In this document: piece by piece, positions 1 to 6,267 of the stretch
Position numbering within the stretch: the stretch's first letter is position 1
Layout of the letters: each line of letters starts with the position of its first letter
NCBI GenBank assembly: GCA_041746575.1
Contig: JBGTGT010000088.1
Location: 1 to 13,896, forward strand
Source of the DNA: Microcystaceae cyanobacterium
GTDB lineage: Bacteria; Cyanobacteriota; Cyanobacteriia; Cyanobacteriales; Microcystaceae
Direction: 5' to 3'
DNA: 13,896 nucleotides
Program-made: the position numbers and the translations under genes
Notes under the pieces: model-generated
What the model was told of the DNA's origin: nothing
Seen by the model: the letters and a program-made list of their open reading frames with translations, nothing else
Database searches by the model: none

Positions 1-68
1 CGGGCTGCTCCTTTTAGAGATTGAGCCGTTTCGATGTAGATTTTCTTGAGAGAATCCGTTAATTCCAT
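1..68 (-). CDS. 5' end of a probable ISAzo13-family transposase, running off the left edge
   Basis: Reverse complement from ATG at 68 reads MELTDSLKKIYIETAQSLKGAAR, resembling the recalled N-terminus of cyanobacterial ISAzo13 transposases (MELTDSLKxLxIETAxxLKGxxRR). Not in the ORF track; only 23 codons visible. Confidence 0.8.
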   Translation of the reverse strand, partial: MELTDSLKKIYIETAQSLKGAA

Positions 69-138
69 TGATTTCCAGCATCTCAGGTCTTTCTTACTCT
101 ACCTCATTTCTTTGACGATTTTATTCTTTGCAAGTCCC
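1..138 (-). mobile_element. Left end of an ISAzo13-family insertion sequence (partial)
   Basis: Minus strand reads TAA|GGGACTTGCAAAGAATAA... 70 bp upstream of the transposase ATG. A GG-starting end and a 3-bp AT-rich flank (TTA, 139-141) fit the family. The partner inverted repeat is outside the window. Confidence 0.65.
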
Positions 139-141
139 TTA

Positions 142-336
142 ACGTGAGTTCGACCCTCAAAAAATCTACGAGTCTTCTTTATTTAATTTTTTTGTGCAGG
201 GAGTGCGGGGGAGGCACTCCGTCCCCCGTTGGGGGGTTTGGGGGGCTAGTCCCCCAATCAAGAATTTGTTTTTCTTTCCTAATCCCAATTAGAATAGACA
301 AAAGGATTAAGATAATTGCCCTCGTCGAACTCACGT
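142..336. mobile_element. MITE (~195 bp) with IS982-like terminal inverted repeats
   Basis: Perfect 14-bp inverted repeat AACGTGAGTTCGAC (141-154) / GTCGAACTCACGTT (324-337), no transposase inside, GC-rich hairpin core at 199-257. ACGTGAGTTCG ends recall cyanobacterial IS982-family ends (from memory). Confidence 0.8.
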
Positions 337-372
337 TGTTTTAGAAGAGAATTTAAGGAACTAGATTTCGCC

Positions 373-1419
373 TTAAGATTTTGGTCTTTGTTGATGATCT
401 TTAATGAAAGATTCCACTAACTCAACATCTTCTTTACTGCCAATAATTAAAGGGGTACGAGTATGTAATTTATCGGGAATAATATCCAGTAAATTTTGCA
501 CACCATCACTAGCTTTTCCGCCTGCTTGTTCAATTAAAAAGGCCAAAGGGTCAGTTTCATAAAGTAATCTTAGTTTTCCTTCTGGTTTCTTTACTGTTCC
601 TGGGTATAAAAACACGCCACCCTGCATCAGAATGCGATGAATATCCCCCACCAATGCACCACTATAACGAGCCGTATAACCTTCGTGACGATGGACATAA
701 CGAGTGTAATCACGAATCGCCTCATCCCATTGCCAGAAATTCCCTTCATTGGTACTATAAACGGGGCCATGTTCAGGTATGCGGATATTTTCTTGTGCTA
801 GGATAAATTCACCGAGGCTGGGATCTAAAACGAAGGAATGTACCCCTTTACCTATCGAATAAACGAGGATAGTAGAAGGTCCGTAGAGAATGTAACCGAC
901 GGCAATTTGTTGATGACCATCTTGTAATAAATCTAAGGCTTCCCCCTCTAAATCATTTCCCTGTTGCTGACGAATCGCAAAAATTGAGCCCACATTAAGA
1001 TTAATATCTACATTCGACGAACCATCAATGGGGTCATAAAGGAGAGTATAACGACCCACTGGACAATTTTCTGGGATATAGTAGGGCTTATCCATTTCCT
1101 CTGAGGCGAGACGACAGACTAAACCACTTTGCTTGAAAACAGAAATGAAAACTTCGTTGGCAAAAACGTCCATTTTCTTGACAGATTCACCTTGAACGTT
1201 GGTTTCTCCGGTGAATCCTAGGACATCTGCCATTAAACCCGCCTTACTTAAGCGACGAGCAATCAATTTTCCTGCTAAGGCAATTCGATTCATAATCGCA
1301 CTTAAATCTTGGGCATCGGCAGAAAAACTGTGTAATTGTTGTAAAACGTGGCGAGAAAGGGTGGTACAATCTCGGTCTAAACTTTGGGGCGGAATTGTGA
1401 AAGGTTCTTGATTAGACAT
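373..1419 (-). CDS. fbp: Class 1 fructose-1,6-bisphosphatase
   Basis: Motifs [49 protein letters not shown] at 1419 (MSNQEPF, 348 aa) preferred over the TTG at 1464. Confidence 0.96.
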   Translation of the reverse strand: MSNQEPFTIPPQSLDRDCTTLSRHVLQQLHSFSADAQDLSAIMNRIALAGKLIARRLSKAGLMADVLGFTGETNVQGESVKKMDVFANEVFISVFKQSGLVCRLASEEMDKPYYIPENCPVGRYTLLYDPIDGSSNVDINLNVGSIFAIRQQQGNDLEGEALDLLQDGHQQIAVGYILYGPSTILVYSIGKGVHSFVLDPSLGEFILAQENIRIPEHGPVYSTNEGNFWQWDEAIRDYTRYVHRHEGYTARYSGALVGDIHRILMQGGVFLYPGTVKKPEGKLRLLYETDPLAFLIEQAGGKASDGVQNLLDIIPDKLHTRTPLIIGSKEDVELVESFIKDHQQRPKS

Positions 1420-1552
1420 AATAAATAGGGGGTCAAAACTAAAATAAGTGGTTAAGGGAGACAACAGATAACAAGACTTCTTAGGCTTTTTTCCTCTGAT
1501 TTAATAAAATGATTTTAAGGATAAAGTTTTAGGATTTAATCGCTAACTTCTC

Positions 1553-1990
1553 TTAATTATCTTGGCAATAAGTTCGCATTTCTTCCCCTAATGTTTGTTC
1601 TTTTTGTCCAATTTGCTTTACTCTTTTTTTCATTAATTGAATAGTAGAAACCTCTTTATTTTGTAATGCTTCAACAAATTTACGGGTAGTTTCTGCATAG
1701 TCTCGATAAACTTGTGCCAGTCCTTTTTGATAAATAACAAGGCTTTGATCTTGTAACTTTAAGTTATTCATTTCTGACGCTTTTTCTTCAAAAATATCCG
1801 TTACTTCCAAAACTTTTTGAATATCATCTGCTTGACGATATTTCTCACTACTTTTAGCCATTTTTTTCATAATAACCATAATTTTCTGACATTGATAAGT
1901 CCGACTATCCGCACAACTATGGAGCATGACAGCCAAAATCATGAGGATGCTGATCGCAGTTAAAGAAAATCGTTGAGAAGTCATCATCAT
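1553..1990 (-). CDS. Probable helical lipoprotein of unknown function
   Basis: From ATG 1990: MMMTSQRFSLTAISILMILAVMLHSC, a basic residue, a hydrophobic stretch and lipobox-like LHSC, followed by a Lys/Gln/Glu-rich helical body. The ORF-track extension to 2038 is probably untranslated. Confidence 0.7.
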   Translation of the reverse strand: MMMTSQRFSLTAISILMILAVMLHSCADSRTYQCQKIMVIMKKMAKSSEKYRQADDIQKVLEVTDIFEEKASEMNNLKLQDQSLVIYQKGLAQVYRDYAETTRKFVEALQNKEVSTIQLMKKRVKQIGQKEQTLGEEMRTYCQDN

Positions 1991-2034
1991 TCTGTATTTG
2001 TGAACAATCCTCATAAAATTGTAACCAAAGTTGA

Positions 2035-2946
2035 TCAAGCCTGAGTAGAATCTTGTGGAAGAACCGAAGAAGATTTTGGTGTAAAAACAGGTAAAACACG
2101 CGGAATCACTCGAAATTCAGCAGGAGTTTGCGTGAAAATTTCTCCATCGGCATTAATGTCATGGGGTTGACGGGTGAGGATTTCTACGGTTTTGCCTTGT
2201 AGTGAGCGCACCCAAGGAAGTTCTCCCTGTACACCTTGAGGAAATGCCCAGATTAGGGGAAAAATCTGCCACCAGTGGCGTAATTCGAGACTGTAGATAT
2301 CGAGCCGTTGGTCGTCAATCGTTGCATCGTCGGCCACCATCATGCCTCCTCCATAATAACGGCCATTGCCTACGGCAATCTGAATCGTTTTCACTTGAAT
2401 GGGGGGATGATCGTCGAGGTGAATAGTGGCACGAAAAGGGCGGGTTTGGCTCAACACTTGAAGGGCAGTCAGACCGTAGGCGAAGGCTCCCCAGCGTTGT
2501 TTTGCCCCTTGAGTTAATTTTTGGGTAATATGAACGCTTAAGCCCATACTGGCCACATTAAAGTAGTATTTGCCGTTGACCCAACCGAGATCGATATATT
2601 TGAGGTGACCTTCAGCAATCACTCGACAGGCATCGGGAATAGAGAGCGGAAGATCAAGGGTTCGTGCGAGATCATTGGCTGTGCCTAAAGGGAGAATACC
2701 TAGGGGAAGATTGGCTTCAACTAAACTATCTACGACATAATTTAAGGTGCCGTCACCCCCACCCACAATCACTAAATCAATTTGTTGGGCATGTTTTTTA
2801 ACTTTCTCAGCTAATTGTTCAGCTGATTTAATGGGGACAGTCATTAATTCAAAATCAAGACCATTAAGAATATCCACAGCTTGGGCTAAACTTTTCTGAC
2901 CTTTGCGAGCATGACGATTAACCAACAGTAACGCCCGTTGCAGCAT
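2035..2946 (-). CDS. YegS/BmrU-family lipid (diacylglycerol) kinase
   Basis: LLVNxxA, GGGDGT ATP-binding loop, LPLGTANDLAR, GNGRYYGGG, DDQRLD and INADGE motifs. Confidence 0.93.
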   Translation of the reverse strand: MLQRALLLVNRHARKGQKSLAQAVDILNGLDFELMTVPIKSAEQLAEKVKKHAQQIDLVIVGGGDGTLNYVVDSLVEANLPLGILPLGTANDLARTLDLPLSIPDACRVIAEGHLKYIDLGWVNGKYYFNVASMGLSVHITQKLTQGAKQRWGAFAYGLTALQVLSQTRPFRATIHLDDHPPIQVKTIQIAVGNGRYYGGGMMVADDATIDDQRLDIYSLELRHWWQIFPLIWAFPQGVQGELPWVRSLQGKTVEILTRQPHDINADGEIFTQTPAEFRVIPRVLPVFTPKSSSVLPQDSTQA

Positions 2947-3092
2947 AACTAGGAAGACCTAAATTCTCGGATGTTAATGGATAGTGTAGCAAGCTCAATG
3001 AGATTAATATAACTTAACCTTGAAATGATTACAAACTGTTAAGAAAATCAGAAATTTTCTGGAAATTTAGCGATAAATTTCGAAACTATGGT

Positions 3093-3218
3093 TGGATAGA
3101 ACTAAATAGTCATACCAATTTGCGGGATATTGACGATAGATGCTATAAAAAAACTAAAAAATAGAGACTTAGGAATTTATTGCCTTATTTTGCAAAATTG
3201 GTACAAATTCTCTATCCA
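3093..3218. repeat. Nested inverted repeats upstream of the haloperoxidase (degenerate miniature element or structured leader)
   Basis: TGGATAGA (3093-3100) pairs with TCTATCCA (3211-3218) and encloses TACCAATTT (3113-3121) / AAATTGGTA (3195-3203). Confidence 0.45.
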
Positions 3219-3248
3219 TAAATAAACATTTAAGGAAAATTAAAAGTC

Positions 3249-5216
3249 ATGATACCAAGACGCTTGCAAGCCCGCCAAATTCGTAAAGACGCTGCCGAAT
3301 TTGCTAGTTTACGGGAACATCCCTCCCATATTAATAATGGTGAAGAATTCAAGTATCGTCGTACCGTTCAAAAAGACGGGAAAGATGTAAATGAATCGAG
3401 TCATATTGCTAACTTTACTAAAGGTTTACCCCATGACACGACGACGGGATCATTAGTCAATCCTGCCGATTATCAAACATTTATTTTAGGAATTCAGTCC
3501 GGAAGCACTGACGATTTTGCGCGGACTCCTCTTGGCTCTCCTAAATTCAATAATCCCAATAATCAAGGATCCATTTGGGAATCTAACATTGCTCAAACCG
3601 CTAAGAATGGCGGAGATGCAGACGTTCGTGCTTGGGAAAGTGCCGGTGCGGGACTCGTCTTTGAATTGGAAGGATTTGATGCCCAAGCCTTAACCATACC
3701 TCCTGCGCCGACATTAGATAGTCCAGAATTAGCGGCAGAAATCAGTGAAGTCTATTTACAAGCGTTACTGCGGGACGTTCATTTTTCCCAATTGCGCGAT
3801 TCCAGTCCAGACAATCCTCCCACTTTCTGTGCTGATCGTAACGTCAGTATTTCAGAAGCGATAAATATGCTTAATACCGTTAAAATTGGTGGAAAGAACT
3901 GGTTTAACTCAGACGAAACTGATTATCTCGATTTATTTGACAATACGAGCTTAACGACCCTTTTAGGCGATCGCTTTTTCCGTAGTATGGATTTAACAGA
4001 GGCGGAAACCCGACGTAAGCGTTCCCGTCGAACCTTAAGTAATCTTTTCCGAGGGGTTGCCCCCGGTGATCAAGTCGGACCCTATCTGTCCCAATTTCTC
4101 CTGATTGGCAATAAAGGAATTAATGGGAACCCGGCTTCCCAAGTTGTAGACTTTGCCGATGGCTTAATTACTTATGGTGCAGTACGGATTGATCAGCGCG
4201 TTCGTACTGCCGAACCCTGTAAGGATTATATGACGGCTTTTGAGGAATGGGTCGATGTGCAGAATGGGGCAGATTTACGGCGTTTAGAAACCTATACGAA
4301 TGGCACAGGCGCAAATGCCCCCTATCGCTTTATTACAACCCCTCGTGATTTAGCGACCTATGTTCACTATGACGCCCTTTATGAAGCCTATTTGAATGCT
4401 TGCTTAATTTTACTGGGTATGGGTGCGCCTTTCGATCCCGGTATTCCTTTCCAGCGTCCCGATGCCGAAGATAAACAACAGGGATTTGCTACTTTTGGAG
4501 GGCCAGTCATTCTAACGCTTGTCTGTGAAGTGGCAACACGAGCCTTAAAAGCCGTTCGTTACCAAAAATTTAATGTGCATCGTCGTCTGCGTCCTGAAGC
4601 GGTTGGTGGCTTAATTGACCGCTTTATGATCAATGTAAGTGAACAGGATGGCCAATTGATCACCCAAAACGAAGAATTAAAACCGCTAACTCCGTTAGTC
4701 AATGCGCTGAAAAATGTGGGTTTGTTAGACAAAGTTAAAACTCATAATAGTCAGCAAAATAGCAACTTTGGTCGAAATACCAGTGACAGTTACTTTTTAC
4801 CCATGGCTTTTGCTGAAGGTTCTCCCATGCACCCAGCTTATGGGGCAGGACACGCTACGGTTGCAGGGGCTTGCGTTACTATGCTTAAAGCATTCTTTGA
4901 TCATGGTTGGCAATTACCCCTTGGTCAAAATAGCGAGGGTAAATACATCGCCTATGAACCGAATGGGGATGGTAGCGGTTTAGTTCAGGTGTTATTAGAT
5001 GAACCCTTAACCGTCGAAGGGGAATTGAACAAAGTGGCAGCGAATATCTCAATTGGACGCAATTGGGCAGGGGTTCACTACTTTACCGATTATATTGAGT
5101 CCTTACGCTTAGGAGAACAGATTGCGATCGGTATTCTTGAAGAACAAAAGCTCACTTTTGGTGAAAACTTTACCATGACCGTTCCCCTCTTTGATGGAGG
5201 CGCAAGACAAATTTAA
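3249..5216 (+). CDS. Vanadium-dependent haloperoxidase (cyanobacterial/red-algal bromoperoxidase type)
   Basis: All three vanadate-binding motifs present: LKAVRYQKFNVHRRLRPE (K440, R448), GSPMHPAYGAGH (H528, G534, H535) and ELNK...GRNWAGVHY (R604, H610). AAGGA 11 nt before the ATG. No N-terminal signal peptide visible. Confidence 0.95.
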   Translation: MIPRRLQARQIRKDAAEFASLREHPSHINNGEEFKYRRTVQKDGKDVNESSHIANFTKGLPHDTTTGSLVNPADYQTFILGIQSGSTDDFARTPLGSPKFNNPNNQGSIWESNIAQTAKNGGDADVRAWESAGAGLVFELEGFDAQALTIPPAPTLDSPELAAEISEVYLQALLRDVHFSQLRDSSPDNPPTFCADRNVSISEAINMLNTVKIGGKNWFNSDETDYLDLFDNTSLTTLLGDRFFRSMDLTEAETRRKRSRRTLSNLFRGVAPGDQVGPYLSQFLLIGNKGINGNPASQVVDFADGLITYGAVRIDQRVRTAEPCKDYMTAFEEWVDVQNGADLRRLETYTNGTGANAPYRFITTPRDLATYVHYDALYEAYLNACLILLGMGAPFDPGIPFQRPDAEDKQQGFATFGGPVILTLVCEVATRALKAVRYQKFNVHRRLRPEAVGGLIDRFMINVSEQDGQLITQNEELKPLTPLVNALKNVGLLDKVKTHNSQQNSNFGRNTSDSYFLPMAFAEGSPMHPAYGAGHATVAGACVTMLKAFFDHGWQLPLGQNSEGKYIAYEPNGDGSGLVQVLLDEPLTVEGELNKVAANISIGRNWAGVHYFTDYIESLRLGEQIAIGILEEQKLTFGENFTMTVPLFDGGARQI

Positions 5217-5328
5217 GCATCCGTGTGAAAATCCCCGAACGAGGAATTGAGTTCGCAAAAACAGCGACATTGCCATACCTCTGGGCATAAAAAGAGCAAT
5301 CAGTTGAATAGAAAAATTATTAAAAGTG

Positions 5329-5358
5329 AAAGAGGGAGTATTATGCTCTCTTTTTTTT
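5329..5358 (+). terminator. Intrinsic terminator after the VHPO gene
   Basis: AGAGGGAGTA-TTA-TGCTCTCTTT stem with G:U pairs, running into T8. Confidence 0.65.
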
Positions 5359-5531
5359 GTCTTTTTAAACATGAAAATCAGTATTATTCAGTCTCTGACG
5401 GAATGAAATTTTCAGCTTAATACCTTATTTTTCTCAGGAATTTAGAAAATCCCTCTCAAAAAGTAAAGTTTTGTGAATTATTTTTGGTGAACAGTCACAA
5501 ACTCCCCCAATGCTTCCGATTAATAAGTACA

Positions 5532-5565
5532 AGCAACGAAGCAGAGTTTAAATTCTGACGTTGCT
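5532..5565 (+). promoter_or_regulatory. 5'-leader hairpin of the RTX gene
   Basis: AGCAACG (5532-5538) / CGTTGCT (5559-5565) outer stem and CAGAG / TTCTG inner stem, followed by an A-rich spacer and a GGAGAA ribosome-binding site at 5592. Confidence 0.55.
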
Positions 5566-5605
5566 CCCAATCAAATCACAGAAAAAACAACGGAGAACTA
5601 GAAAA

Positions 5606-6064
5606 ATGGCAACTTATTATGGAAGTTCTGGCAATGACTACATCCTAGGCGGAAATAGCAACGACAGTATCTATGGTCTGGCAGGAAATGATATCCTTCA
5701 TGGGGGTCGGGGTAGCGACTATCTTGCGGGTGGCGATGGGAATGATATTCTCCGAGGATGGCAAAAGGGTAACGGAATCATTAACCGAGATACCTTAGTA
5801 GGGGGCAGTGGGAGTGACCTTTTTGAGTTAGGTGACTCATCCGATGTCTTCTACACAGGGTCAGGCTTTGGCACCGTTGCTGATTTTAATCGCTACGAAG
5901 GAGATAAAATCCAACTCAAAGGTTCTTTATCTAACTATACTTTTGCCTTTGGCAATTCCGCCGGGGGTTCGCAGCTAGATACTGAAATCCGTCGCAATGG
6001 TAACCTCATTGCAGTCGTTCAAGATTTTACAGGACTGGTAGCGAGTGATTTTCACTTTGTCTAA
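5606..6064 (+). CDS. Small RTX (hemolysin-type Ca2+-binding repeat) protein, probable type I secretion substrate
   Basis: Tandem GGxGxDxLx-like nonapeptides (GSSGNDYIL, GGNSNDSIY, GLAGNDILH, GGRGSDYLA, GGDGNDILR, GGSGSDLFE) and C-terminal DFHFV. ATG 5606 follows GGAGAA, so the TTG at 5561 is rejected (152 aa). Confidence 0.88.
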   Translation: MATYYGSSGNDYILGGNSNDSIYGLAGNDILHGGRGSDYLAGGDGNDILRGWQKGNGIINRDTLVGGSGSDLFELGDSSDVFYTGSGFGTVADFNRYEGDKIQLKGSLSNYTFAFGNSAGGSQLDTEIRRNGNLIAVVQDFTGLVASDFHFV

Positions 6065-6092
6065 AAAACAATTATTTCAAATATTTCAGAAT

Positions 6093-6118
6093 AGGGGAGG
6101 TCTTGCCCTCCTTTTTTT
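6093..6118 (+). terminator. Intrinsic terminator after the RTX gene
   Basis: GGAGG / CCTCC stem, extendable with G:U pairs, followed by T7. Confidence 0.7.
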
Positions 6119-6267
6119 GTCTTTTTGGGCCATAAAACGGTGGGAACTCCTAACCCTTCAATAAATTCCTTATAAACAAGATTCAATCTTTAACGATCCC
6201 TTGACAGTTCAGCTAAAATCCTGAATAACTATCAGTATCGCGATCGTTTTTACCCTATCACTCATCA

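Noticed and set aside
200..228. H-type pseudoknot in the MITE core
   Set aside because: Connecting loops of 0-1 nt are too short for both stems to form fully, so they are treated as alternative hairpins.
144..344. 66-aa plus-strand ORF
   Set aside because: It spans the MITE from one inverted repeat to the other; a GTG-started chance frame with no protein motif.
1199..2517. Short ORFs 1199-1411, 1917-2099, 2202-2426 and 2308-2517
   Set aside because: Antisense or alternate-frame shadows of fbp, the lipoprotein and the lipid kinase, with no recognisable motifs.
3130..3149. TTGACG and TATAAA as a sigma70 promoter for VHPO
   Set aside because: The spacer is only 8 nt.
3486..5372. Short ORFs 3486-3686, 4768-4983 and 5109-5372
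   Set aside because: They overlap the well-supported VHPO gene or its terminator and have no independent coding evidence.
5487..5499. GTGA-N4-TCAC as a CRP (SyCRP1) site
   Set aside because: The CRP consensus needs a 6-nt spacer.
6201..6230. TTGACA upstream of ictB as a -35 element
   Set aside because: No convincing -10 at 16-18 nt; TAAAAT is only 7 nt away.
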